Assembly (NCBI GenBank): GCA_963741015.1
Contig: CAVUGP010000004.1
Coordinates: 32,025 to 96,024 of the forward strand
Direction of reading: 5' to 3'
Length of the DNA stretch: 64,000 bases
From: an uncultured Chloroflexia bacterium
GTDB lineage: Bacteria; Chloroflexota; Anaerolineae; Anaerolineales; Anaerolineaceae
A program made the position numbers and the translations under genes. Below the pieces are notes generated by a model. The model was not told where the DNA came from. It ran no database searches and worked only from the letters and a program-made list of their open reading frames with translations. This document shows positions 1-9,501 of this stretch, one piece after another. Position 1 is the stretch's first letter, and each line of letters begins with the position of its first letter.

Positions 1-225
1 AAAAGATGCAAATTCTTTGTTCATAGTTGTCAGTGGTCTTCTCCCTGATCAAACTTCTTCCATTTGACGCAGATAATTTCACATGGAAATATCATAACGT
101 CATCTATCCAAACAGTCAAAGTTCACTTGATATAGATAATTTTCGAATGGCAATACCAACCAAGAGTTATTATTTTACTTAATTGTGGCAATTTATACTA
201 TCGCTCAAGGCGACAAGCGAAGTTT

Positions 226-1671
226 TTATTTTTTATTTGAAATTTGACAATAATCATATGGATCTTCAACCAACTCAAAATTATACCGATCTTTTTCCGG
301 GCTGAAATAGCTCCGATCATCAAGAAGTTGGTATTCTTGCTGAAAATATCGATCTAAAATTATCCTGAATGTGTTTACAGGTGTGATTGTGGAAAATAAT
401 TCCTCCTCACCCCCATCAGGCAAATAATAGGCATTCAGGATTAAAGTGCGAAATAGCGGGTCCAATCCATCGCCATGGTCAGCTTGAAGAATGATGATTG
501 GCTCTTGATTTGAATTTGCCAGGATTGTTTCAATAACGGAAATGATTTGAGTATCGATATATTCATAAGTTTCAGCGAGTGCCGTTTCTGGATCATCATC
601 CCATTCGGGATTGATGCCTCCATTAGCGGTAAAAACTTTGGGATTATGCGGACTTACAATATGTGCATAGACAAAGATTGGAGATTCATTCACGATCGGC
701 CGCTTCAAATGATTAATCGTATTGTTAACCCTATCAATATAATGCTGCGTAGTTGTGTCAATTGAATTGTTCATCATTTTGTAAATATCAGAAGGGAAAA
801 GAAGTAAAGTGGTTCGCAAATATAGATACTCAAAATCTGAAATTTTTGCGAGGGTCCTGGCTTGTATATATTGATCAGCGTCTTCCATTTCAATCCAGGG
901 GTAGCCTGATTCGAAAAATATGAATTCATAACCCTGGTTTTGGAGAAAATGGCGAACTTTACTTTGTGTTAATTTTGCTGAAAGATCCTCATCATCCATG
1001 GGAATACCCAGATCAGATAAGTAATTCATATTCAACTCAGAGGTCATGGATTGGAGCGTATACGCATAATTTGACCTGCTGCAATCGGCGACATAGAAAC
1101 CATGATCTTCAAGCTGACGGATAAAATCTGAATTGTCGTACCCATGTTCATTTTTCAACAGATCAGAACGCATATAGGTATCAAGTACGATTAAATAAAT
1201 ATCTCTCCTGGGTAAATTCTCAGATTGACCTTCATCAATCGCCGTCACCTGATTCGCTTTATGTTGAATTATTGCTGAGGAAATCTCGTAATATGCAATT
1301 CTCACAACCTGAAATAAGAACAGTGATACTGAAATTACTTTAATAATTTTGATCAAATTTTCTGTTCTCTTAATTTTTGTCCAAACTAACCAGATAAGGA
1401 TGCCGAATACAAGTAAAAAAATTATGAGCAGGTAACGATGTCGCCCAATTGCCAGCCCGAAAACTTTAGCTGTCCGCAATAAATTGTAGATATGACCATA
1501 AGTAAAAACAAATATCTCAAGTAATACAGTGACCAGGCCAGCTTTGTGCGAATTTCGAATAAAAATATAAACGAAGGCATAAATTACTAAACTGGCCAGT
1601 GAAGTAACCAGGAGCGGACGCCATAAATCCCGTAAATTAACCTGACTGAGGTTGTTTAGAAAAAGGAACAT
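226..1671 (-). CDS. membrane-anchored sulfatase-like protein (alkaline-phosphatase superfamily, LtaS/EptA-type architecture)
   Basis: 481-aa ORF. The N-terminal part is a run of hydrophobic helices. It is followed by a soluble domain with DIYLIVLDTYMRSD, SNYAYTLQSM, VYAHIVSPHNP and ILQADHGD motifs typical of metal-dependent sulfatase/phosphotransferase folds. Clear paralog of 53260..54789. Confidence 0.6.
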   Translation of the reverse strand: MFLFLNNLSQVNLRDLWRPLLVTSLASLVIYAFVYIFIRNSHKAGLVTVLLEIFVFTYGHIYNLLRTAKVFGLAIGRHRYLLIIFLLVFGILIWLVWTKIKRTENLIKIIKVISVSLFLFQVVRIAYYEISSAIIQHKANQVTAIDEGQSENLPRRDIYLIVLDTYMRSDLLKNEHGYDNSDFIRQLEDHGFYVADCSRSNYAYTLQSMTSELNMNYLSDLGIPMDDEDLSAKLTQSKVRHFLQNQGYEFIFFESGYPWIEMEDADQYIQARTLAKISDFEYLYLRTTLLLFPSDIYKMMNNSIDTTTQHYIDRVNNTINHLKRPIVNESPIFVYAHIVSPHNPKVFTANGGINPEWDDDPETALAETYEYIDTQIISVIETILANSNQEPIIILQADHGDGLDPLFRTLILNAYYLPDGGEEELFSTITPVNTFRIILDRYFQQEYQLLDDRSYFSPEKDRYNFELVEDPYDYCQISNKK

Positions 1672-1849
1672 ATGGGAAAATTAATGCAATAATTACCACA
1701 TACCAGGGAAAATGGAATTTTTTTTGAGTCTTCACTGTTGATTTCATAACAACCCCTATGCAGTCATTTTCTTTAATTGATTAACCTGAATAATCACAAC
1801 ATTTTTAAAAAAGCGATACGAGAAGTTGTCTTTATCCCGCACCGTAAAT

Positions 1850-2848
1850 TTATTCATTCAGCCATTTATAGATTCGGTTAACGATCCCTTGCATGATATA
1901 CCGGACCCACTTTACCTTCGCCAACCGCGGCATCAAGCCACCCGATTTCGGACCGGGTTCAGCCGCACTGACCGTCAGGCCGGACTCCCGGGCTAATTCG
2001 GCCACTTCCTCCGAAATGGCATTTCCCATCAGCCGTACGGTTTGTTCACGGGTGCAGAACCGCAGGTAACCCTTGGCGTCCATGCGATCATCCATCTCGA
2101 CCATTCGACCCATCACATCCACGCTCCATCTTTCCGGCAGCATTTCAGCCAGGATCTCCTGAACGACAGCCCTGGGACAAACCATCTGGAAATGATGTGC
2201 CGAGACCCAGGCCTGCAACCCCTGATAGGTGACAATAATGTCTTCAATGCCAGCCACCTCGGATTCATAACGCTCCCAGGTGCGGCCGGAGTTCACCAGG
2301 TATTCCTCTTCCCACTTGCGCGGCATCAGTAGCCCGCGTTCAGTCTTGATCCCGGGCTGGTTGGCAAATTCCAGGGTACTTTCCGAACTCATCGCCACCC
2401 GCTGCCGGATATAGAACCCGGTCACCGCGCCGACATTCGGGAAAGTATCAATGATCCTGAGGTGTTCCCCGAGCCATCCCGGCAGGAAGAAGACATCATC
2501 ATCAGTATAGGCCACAATCTCACCTGGCGCGGCGTCGAAGATCATCCTGAGAGCGTTCAGCTTGCCGATATTACGCTTTGAAAGGACCAAATAGTCGATC
2601 TTGCCGTTTTTATGAAGCGATTGGAGGTATTCAACCATTTCCGGGCAGCTGCCGTTGTCAAAGACCAAAAGGTCAAACGGCTCCTGAGTATTGGCCAGGA
2701 TGCTCTCGATGGTCATCCGGGTCACATTCAGTCTGTTTTGAAAATAGCCGGCCTGATGCGGCGCATAAACCAGGACCGCAACGGTCACCCGGGCAGGTGT
2801 AAAGTCCAAAGTCTGGCCTCTTGAAGGGTTGATCCCAATCCTTGCCAT
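1850..2848 (-). CDS. glycosyltransferase family 2 (GT-A fold)
   Basis: 332-aa ORF with VAVLVYAP...LLVFDNGSC...AYTDDDVFF (DxD). Same strand as, and tightly packed with, its neighbours. Confidence 0.75.
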   Translation of the reverse strand: MARIGINPSRGQTLDFTPARVTVAVLVYAPHQAGYFQNRLNVTRMTIESILANTQEPFDLLVFDNGSCPEMVEYLQSLHKNGKIDYLVLSKRNIGKLNALRMIFDAAPGEIVAYTDDDVFFLPGWLGEHLRIIDTFPNVGAVTGFYIRQRVAMSSESTLEFANQPGIKTERGLLMPRKWEEEYLVNSGRTWERYESEVAGIEDIIVTYQGLQAWVSAHHFQMVCPRAVVQEILAEMLPERWSVDVMGRMVEMDDRMDAKGYLRFCTREQTVRLMGNAISEEVAELARESGLTVSAAEPGPKSGGLMPRLAKVKWVRYIMQGIVNRIYKWLNE

Positions 2849-2856
2849 TTATCTCC

Positions 2857-3790
2857 TTATTCAGGGTGGGCTAACTTATACGCCAGCCAGCCCCTGAACT
2901 CCTTGAAAGCTCTGACCGGGTGGAATAAGGTGAATGCCAGCCATCCCAGAACTTTAGAATGCAGGCCAACGAGGGGAAATATCTCCACCTCCCGCCAGAA
3001 GGACGCCCAGTTCAACCGGTTTCGCCTCAAACCTTCCGGGGTCAGCTGGAAACGGGCGTCCGATAATTTAAAGATCGACCGCCGCCCTCCCGCCAGTTTG
3101 ACATTGACATTCGTCTCCGGCTGGCGGAAATGGATCACCCCGCCCGGCAGGTGACTGTAATCGTGGTTCTGGTGGATCACAGTGATCGCATGGGTAGCAT
3201 CCACCAGCGCCCAGTTTTGCATGCGCGCCTGGAATAGCATCCAATTATCCCAGCCTGCTCGTCCGACGGCAAAATCGGGAATCTGCTTGAAACACTCCCG
3301 AGGATAAATGAAGTAATCACTGCCGGTCTGGCCGTGCAGCCTGCCGTCTGCTGCAATTCGTTCTTGCAGTCTCGCACCCCAATCACCCGTGAAATCAAGA
3401 AGGCTTGGTAATGTCCAGGTCATAGCGCTGACCCACTGCAAGAAAATCGATATTTTCTTCGGCGAGACGATGGACTGCCTGCAGGATATCGGGCAGGAAA
3501 AGGATATCCGCATTGGCATACGCCAGGAAAGGGGAAGCGTTCAAGCTGCGTCCCAGTTCAAAGATTGAAGGGATCAACGGCGTCCCCATCTCATTGGTTC
3601 GGACTCCCGGCAGGTGATGAACACCAAGTTCCCGGCACACTTCTGCAATTCCCGGGTCATCTCCAATCACAACCACATCAACCTCGTCGCCCAACGCCAG
3701 CCAATTGCGCAGCGTATTGCGCTGGATGACCGAAATATGAGGGTCCTGAAAGGGTTTGGGGGCTGTGAAGAGAGTCAGGAGCGGCGTCAT
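2857..3790 (-). pseudogene. GT-A-like glycosyltransferase split by a frameshift (ORF pieces 3395..3790 and 2857..3519)
   Basis: The N-terminal piece reads FTAPKPF...IQRNTLRNW...YANADILF...AVGQRYDLDITKPS-stop. The downstream frame continues LLDFTGDWGARLQ...GWDNWML...HQNHDYSH. The two frames meet at aagccttcttgat (about 3400-3412). Together they give a single protein of roughly 310 aa. Confidence 0.6.
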
Positions 3791-4702
3791 TCAGGATCCT
3801 TTTCCATCCGGCAAAGGCAGCCAGGCGCGGTGCGGGAACAGTTTCTGGATCAGCCTCCGATATAACATGCCAACTTTTCGCTTGAGAGAGACGTTCTTCT
3901 CAGGCTGGACAACTCGCTCTTCCAAACTGTCCTTCGCCGGCCTGGCAAGGACGGTCAGGTAAAGATTGAGCATCGTCGAACGCGGTATCCCATGACGTGT
4001 AAAACGGACAACTTCAAACCCGGCCTGTCGAACAATCTCCTGCAAAGTACGAGGTGTGTAACAGGCTAAATGCGCCAATTCATAGCTGTCATGGGCGTAG
4101 AAGTTGGGGACTTCCAGGAGCAGCAGGCCATCCGCGGTCAGGAGCTTATCACGGATCAACCGCAACGTGCTCACCGGGTCAGGCAGATGTTCCAGAACGT
4201 GGCTCAGGCTTACCAAATCAAATCGCTCCGGGTCGGATTGAACCAGATCATCCAGCAACGGGTACATTCGGATGTCCCTGCTTTGGGCGACTTTACGGTA
4301 AGCGTCTCCCGGTTCAACCCCGGTCACCTGGCAGCCAAATGCATCTCGGAATGATTCCAGGAGTACGCCGGCCGAAGCGCCTATATCCAGCATATTTTCA
4401 ACTTTGGTCCTCCCGGCTGAAAGGACAACCTCGATCAGGTGCTGCGCCCTCTGGGTCTGGATCCAGAGATCCTTTATTGTTGGCTCTTCACTGGATTGAT
4501 AGATCTTGCGATAGGTCGCAGCATAGAATTCCGGATCGGCAGCCTGGCTCTCAGTCTGGGATTGAAAAACCAGACCGCAACGCCCGCACTGGTAATAGAC
4601 CAGCGGGAACCCGAAGGATTCCACCCGGGTGAAAGGTTGTTGGTCATCCGATCCGCATAGTAAACAGGTCATAGGCATTCCGAGATCAAAATCGTGGCGC
4701 AA
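3791..4702 (-). CDS. class I SAM-dependent methyltransferase with N-terminal Cys4 zinc ribbon
   Basis: CLLCGSDD...CGRCGLVF zinc ribbon, then LDIGASAGVLLE (motif I) and DLVSLSHVLEHLPDP. The stop abuts the ATG of the next gene (3790/3791). The start could be a few codons downstream (MPMT). Confidence 0.75.
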   Translation of the reverse strand: MRHDFDLGMPMTCLLCGSDDQQPFTRVESFGFPLVYYQCGRCGLVFQSQTESQAADPEFYAATYRKIYQSSEEPTIKDLWIQTQRAQHLIEVVLSAGRTKVENMLDIGASAGVLLESFRDAFGCQVTGVEPGDAYRKVAQSRDIRMYPLLDDLVQSDPERFDLVSLSHVLEHLPDPVSTLRLIRDKLLTADGLLLLEVPNFYAHDSYELAHLACYTPRTLQEIVRQAGFEVVRFTRHGIPRSTMLNLYLTVLARPAKDSLEERVVQPEKNVSLKRKVGMLYRRLIQKLFPHRAWLPLPDGKGS

Positions 4703-4719
4703 TTATAACACCGGCCGGA

Positions 4720-5493
4720 TCACCCCCGCTGATCGACATCCTTGAAACTCTTGTGGCGAATATCCGCATTGATCGCAGACAGTTCCGGGTGGTCTGTAAG
4801 CAGGTTGACGATATCTTCCATATTAAAATCTTCAGCATTACCAAAAAGTGAATAGATTTGGCGAGCCAGTTCAAGATCCTCGGGTGTGTCGACTGTCAAA
4901 CGCAGGTCACCCCAATCCGGGTCGTGATCCACCAGCAGAGTCTTGAAACGGCCGGGGTCTTCATAAAGATAAGGCATTACATGTTCGCGGGCATATTTCG
5001 CATCGGCTTCCCGCCAGGCGCGCGTCAACGCCGCCATCGTCACCACTTCGGTATCCATCCCGATCGGGGTGGTGCGCTTCCAGGGCGGCGGGAGGCGGTT
5101 GGCGGCAAAATCAACCTTCGCCGACTGGAACGCCCGAACGGTCCGGTCGATCTCGGCCGGGTCGATCAGCGGGCAGTCCGCCGTCAGCCTTACCACCGTT
5201 TCCGCATTAAAATGAATCGCAGCCTGGTAGTACCGGTCAAGCACATCAAAAGGATCACCCCGGAACACCGGGAAACCCTGTTTACGGCAAAAATCAAAGA
5301 CCGGGTCATCACCTGGATCGGTGGTCGTCGCGACCACTACCCGTCCGATGCTTTGGGCGTGACGGGCGCGAACCACCACCCGGAACAGCATCGGCTCTCC
5401 CCCGATGTCTTTCAACACCTTACCGGGCAGCCGGCTGGAACCCATCCGGGCCTGGATAATGGCAACTACTGATGGCTCACGAATGATGGTCAT
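4720..5493 (-). CDS. SpsF-type cytidylyltransferase (CTP_transf_3 family, sugar/nonulosonate activation)
   Basis: AIIQARMGSSRLPGKVLKDIGGEPML N-terminal signature of SpsF/NeuA/KdsB-type cytidylyltransferases. 257 aa. Confidence 0.7.
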   Translation of the reverse strand: MTIIREPSVVAIIQARMGSSRLPGKVLKDIGGEPMLFRVVVRARHAQSIGRVVVATTTDPGDDPVFDFCRKQGFPVFRGDPFDVLDRYYQAAIHFNAETVVRLTADCPLIDPAEIDRTVRAFQSAKVDFAANRLPPPWKRTTPIGMDTEVVTMAALTRAWREADAKYAREHVMPYLYEDPGRFKTLLVDHDPDWGDLRLTVDTPEDLELARQIYSLFGNAEDFNMEDIVNLLTDHPELSAINADIRHKSFKDVDQRG

Positions 5494-5501
5494 ATTTTTA
5501 A

Positions 5502-6230
5502 TTAATCCACTGAAACGACGGTGAAAGAGGCTGCAGCCGCGTCAAACAACGGCAGCCGGGAGTCGATCTGCTCCTGATTTGTAAAAAACCCTATCATCCA
5601 TAATTTTCCGGAGTCATTGAGCAGGTAAATCGCCTGGGCTGTTTTTACCCCGGCATTTTCGGAGGTCGTCAGGAACCGCAGGACATCCCGTCCACCCAGT
5701 TCCATCTGCTGCTGGCTGATCGAATCGACTTCCTGGCCCAGCAAAATATTGGCAAAAGCTGAGATCACAGGCAGAGACATGCCGGCGAACGTTTCATTCT
5801 TCATGATCACAACACTGGTCTGGTGATTGGAAGGGTTGTCGGTATCATAGCCCCAGAACATGATGTTGTCCTTGTTCTTATCATAGAGTTCCTGAATATT
5901 ATCCGCATTTTCTTCGCTCATCGCTTTGAGGCCTTCAATCAGGATCGCCAGATCCTTATCCACATCTCCGACCATGTAGGTACTGGGCAAGGTGATCTCC
6001 ACTCCTTTGCCGCTGTATACCGTGGTCGCGGTGCGCTCCGCGGCCGGCGTTTCAGCATCCGTGGTCTCTTCAACCTGTGCTCCGGTCGGCTGGGTATCCG
6101 CTTCACCTGCAATTTTCTGGATGACAGATTTAATGTCATTAACCACTCTGCCAACAGGAAACCCGCAGGCCAGGGTAGACAATATCAAAACCGAAGTCAC
6201 GATGATCAAGGCTGTCTTTTTTATATTCAT
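5502..6230 (-). CDS. hypothetical lipoprotein
   Basis: I prefer the internal ATG at 6230, preceded by GGAG. This gives MNIKKTALIIVTSVLILSTLAC with a lipobox Cys, then an acidic Thr-rich linker. No recognisable catalytic motif. Confidence 0.5.
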   Translation of the reverse strand: MNIKKTALIIVTSVLILSTLACGFPVGRVVNDIKSVIQKIAGEADTQPTGAQVEETTDAETPAAERTATTVYSGKGVEITLPSTYMVGDVDKDLAILIEGLKAMSEENADNIQELYDKNKDNIMFWGYDTDNPSNHQTSVVIMKNETFAGMSLPVISAFANILLGQEVDSISQQQMELGGRDVLRFLTTSENAGVKTAQAIYLLNDSGKLWMIGFFTNQEQIDSRLPLFDAAAASFTVVSVD

Positions 6231-6346
6231 TGCTTTTCTCCAGGGGTCAACCATAAAACCAAAATACAACCAATCCATTCAGTTCCAGCGTTAACCCGTT
6301 TACGTCCATTTCCATTAGTCGCAATAATTACGGTCGATTGGCATCC

Positions 6347-7442
6347 TCAAACGAGCGCTAACTGGTAAGCCTGCAGGCATTTTTGGAAGTTCCGAGACCA
6401 ATCCGCACGCTGCTCTGTGATCCGTCTGCCCTCGCGACCGTAACTTTCCAATAACGGGTCTGCTGCTAAAAAAAGTAGTTTTTCCACCAAATCATCAGCT
6501 GAACCATCTTCAAAGAGCCATCCTGCTCCACCATCCGTAACCCATTCCCGGTTACCGGGAATATCCGAAACGAGCACCGGCAAGCCGCAAGCCATAGCTT
6601 CCAATAATGAAACCGAAGATCCGTCGCTGTGGGAAGGGGTGACGAAGAGGTCCACGGCATGGTAACAGATGGGGAGATCAGACTGCTCAATCCGACCGGT
6701 AAAATGCACTTTCTCATTCACCGGTTTTAAAATTTGATGAATTCTTTTCGATTGTGGTCCATCCCCCACCAGTAATAACCGTAAGCGGGGATCAACCTTC
6801 GCAGCCGCAGCGAAGGCTTCTGCCAGCAGGTCCACACCGTAAAGCCGAGCCCAGGTCCGGCTGCATAAGATGACGAACTGCTCCTCCCAGCCTAAAGTTC
6901 GGCGAAGCTCACGGCCAGCTTTCAAGCCATTCTCCGGTGAAAAGTGCTGCAGATCCACACCCCAGGGGAACAGCACCATCTTTTCCCGCGGGAAGCCGTA
7001 TCCTGCGGCCGCATCAGCGACCGTCTGGCAATCCCCAAGGAAGACGTCCCGTCCGGTCCAGGGTGTACTGCGTCGCCTGCCACATCCCGGGGCTGCGTTT
7101 AGCTGTTACCAATAGATCCGACCCCCAGGACATGGTCACCAACGGGTGAAATCCGGCCAGCGCAGTCAGCAAAGCTGGTCCCTGCACAGGCCCGGCATGC
7201 ACCAGGTCGGGCTGGATGTTATCCAACAACTCCTTCAACTGCGCTGCACCGCCCTGCCAGCCCAGCCAGTTAGACCAGTCCGGCTGCCCCTGCGGCCAGG
7301 TCAATTCGGTTACACCGGATGGCGTTTGGGGTTTGCAGGGCTTCATCCTTAATGCATAAACCTGATAGGACGTCCCGGCCAGTGCGGCGAGGAATTGCCG
7401 GTCGTGCGGGCTGTCATTTTCGGTGAAATAAAGGACACGCAT
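6347..7442 (-). pseudogene. GT4 (GT-B fold) glycosyltransferase split by a frameshift (ORF pieces 7014..7442 and 6347..6979)
   Basis: The N-terminal piece reads MRVLYFTENDSP...; the C-terminal piece reads ...PWGVDLQHFSP...EGSSVSLLEAMACGLPVLVSDIPGNREWV. The downstream frame, read back upstream, gives DVFLGDCQTVADAAAGYGFPREK. The frames join at a C3 run on the + strand at 7048..7050. Confidence 0.7.
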
Positions 7443-7477
7443 CCGTTTTCGCCTGGTTTTCTGTGAAAAGTAGTTGA

Positions 7478-8554
7478 TTATGGATTACCGAATTGCGTCC
7501 AGCGCAGTTCCTGGCCGGCCGGGATATGTTCCAATGTTTTCAGGCCGATCACATCATCAATTTCATAAGGCATGATCGCTCCCGGTGCAGCCGGCCGCAG
7601 AACGTCAATCATTTCACGTGTGAGAAATTCATCCGGCTGGATGTCGCGTGCGGCACGCAAACACCGGCGCTGGATCACAACGGTTTCCTGCTCGTTATCC
7701 GCCACGAACTTATCCCCGGAACCCATCGAACGCTCGAGCTGGCGGGTGGCCTTCACCATCTCAGCCCAGGCCTGCGGGTTCATTGCAAAGGGATGGTCCG
7801 GCCCGACCCGGTCGTTGTCATCGGTGAAGTGCTTTTCCACCACCCGCGCCCCCAATGCCACCGCCCCAAGGACCGTCGCATGCCCGTGGGTGTGGTCAGA
7901 AAGCCCCAGCACCAGGTCGGGATACATATCATGGTAGGTTTTCAGTACGTTCAGGTGGATGTTATCGAAATTACCATCTTCCGCGGTGTAGTTGGTGTTG
8001 CACTGCATCAGAACCAGTTGAGGGTTGATCGCCAAAATGGCGTGGACCGCCCTCTGCACATCGCCGATATTGGATGCACCTGTCGCCAGCAGCACCGGTT
8101 TGCCTTTGCCGGCAATCCGTTCGCAGGCTTCGATCCAGGTGATGTCACCGGAGCCGATCTTATATGCCGGAACATAATCATCCAGCATGTCAATGGCTTC
8201 AAAATCATAGGGGGAAGAAAAATAATCGATCCCAACCTCATCACAAGTCTCTTTAAGGATTGGCGTCCAGTCGAAGGGAACGGAAGCGGAGGCGTAAACC
8301 TCAGAAACCGATTTGTTCCACTTCGCCTGATGGGACACCTGGGCGTTCATATGGGTAAACCCGTAATCCGAAACGATCTTGGGCGCCTGGAAGTTTTGGA
8401 ACTTGGCCGCATCCGCGCCGGCTTCCTTCGCAAGGCGGATCAGCAGCTTCGCCCGCTCCAGGCTGCCATCATGGTTGGCGGCAATATCGGCGATGAAATA
8501 GGTTGGATGGTCCTTGCCAATAGGGTGATCGCCAATTTTGAGTGTCATTTTCAT
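7478..8554 (-). CDS. NeuB-family nonulosonic acid (N-acylneuraminate/pseudaminate/legionaminate-type) synthase
   Basis: YFIADIAANHDGSLERAKLLIRLAKEAGADAAKFQNF, GLSDHTHG, and a C-terminal SAF-like segment. 358 aa. Confidence 0.8.
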   Translation of the reverse strand: MKMTLKIGDHPIGKDHPTYFIADIAANHDGSLERAKLLIRLAKEAGADAAKFQNFQAPKIVSDYGFTHMNAQVSHQAKWNKSVSEVYASASVPFDWTPILKETCDEVGIDYFSSPYDFEAIDMLDDYVPAYKIGSGDITWIEACERIAGKGKPVLLATGASNIGDVQRAVHAILAINPQLVLMQCNTNYTAEDGNFDNIHLNVLKTYHDMYPDLVLGLSDHTHGHATVLGAVALGARVVEKHFTDDNDRVGPDHPFAMNPQAWAEMVKATRQLERSMGSGDKFVADNEQETVVIQRRCLRAARDIQPDEFLTREMIDVLRPAAPGAIMPYEIDDVIGLKTLEHIPAGQELRWTQFGNP

Positions 8555-8583
8555 CCTCCACCAAAAGGGTCAATTGAGAGATG

Positions 8584-9501
8584 TTATGCAGCGTAAGAAT
8601 GTAATTGCTGCGGAAAATTTTCCTGCCAGCGCTGATAAAACCGGACCAGACCTTGATCCACGGCAGATAAAGCATGCCCCAATGCGGTTTGAACCTTCTC
8701 AGGATCCAAGGTCAGATTCATTGACCGCACAGCGCCCCGGTCCAGATCACTCGTTTGGACGGGTGCGATCAGATCAGGGTCAAACCCAAACAGCCTGGCG
8801 ATCCGGACGCCGAACTCATATTTGCTCAAACTATCCGGTGCGACCACATGGTAAATACCCGTTAATTTATGGGATAACATTTCCAGAATGGTCGCAGCCA
8901 GGTCTTCAACGTAAAGCGGGCAAAAGAGTGTATCGGAAAAACCCTGCATTGGTTCCCCGGCTTTCAATTTGTTAAAAAAGAATTCGGCCAGACTGCGTTT
9001 GCCGGAAAGACTCCAGCCATAGAAGACCGTACGCACGATCAACGCCTCCGGGTTCACGGATTGGACAGCCTGTTCACCCGCCAACTTCGTGCGGGCATAA
9101 ACGCTCAACGGATGGGTAGCATCTTCCTCAGTATACTCTCCCCGCTGCCCGTCAAAGACCGCATCGGTGGAAATCTGCACAAAAGGGATTCCCCAACCAA
9201 CGGAGGCCTCAGCCAAACGGCCGGGCACCACAGCGTTGAGCTCCCTGGCCAAATCGGGCATCTGCTCGGCGGCATTGATATTTGCCACCGCCGCACAATG
9301 AATGATCGCATCCGGCCGGCTGGTTTCAATCACCGACAATGCGGATTCCGTACCAAGAAGATCCACCTGCCTGACTTCAAAGGGAACATCTCGCAGGCCG
9401 CGTGAGTTCACCAAACCGGTAACCTGATGCCCCTGACGGACGGCAACCAGGCTGAGGTTCAGTCCCAGCAGTCCGCTGGCGCCGGTCACCAGCAAACGCA
9501 T
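8584..9501 (-). CDS. RmlD-like NAD(P)H-dependent 4-ketoreductase (sugar-nucleotide reductase)
   Basis: MRLLVTGASGLLG Rossmann start, YARTK (YxxxK) motif, 305 aa. The start overlaps the upstream stop by 1 nt (TAATG). Confidence 0.65.
   Translation of the reverse strand: MRLLVTGASGLLGLNLSLVAVRQGHQVTGLVNSRGLRDVPFEVRQVDLLGTESALSVIETSRPDAIIHCAAVANINAAEQMPDLARELNAVVPGRLAEASVGWGIPFVQISTDAVFDGQRGEYTEEDATHPLSVYARTKLAGEQAVQSVNPEALIVRTVFYGWSLSGKRSLAEFFFNKLKAGEPMQGFSDTLFCPLYVEDLAATILEMLSHKLTGIYHVVAPDSLSKYEFGVRIARLFGFDPDLIAPVQTSDLDRGAVRSMNLTLDPEKVQTALGHALSAVDQGLVRFYQRWQENFPQQLHSYAA

Noticed and set aside
1-24. Possible start of a minus-strand gene (ATG at 24, MNKEFASF...) running off the left edge.
   Set aside because: Only 8 codons are visible, too little to support a call.
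7493-8596. Long antisense ORFs opposite recognised genes. Examples: 7493..8596 (367 aa), 9600..10640 (346 aa), 52084..53175 (363 aa), 35440..36144, 27774..28475, 46398..47105 and 42982..43713.
   Set aside because: Their translations are low-complexity and rich in Arg, Gly, Pro and His, with no motifs. Each lies fully inside a gene with strong family signatures on the other strand. This is the typical open antisense frame of GC-rich coding DNA.
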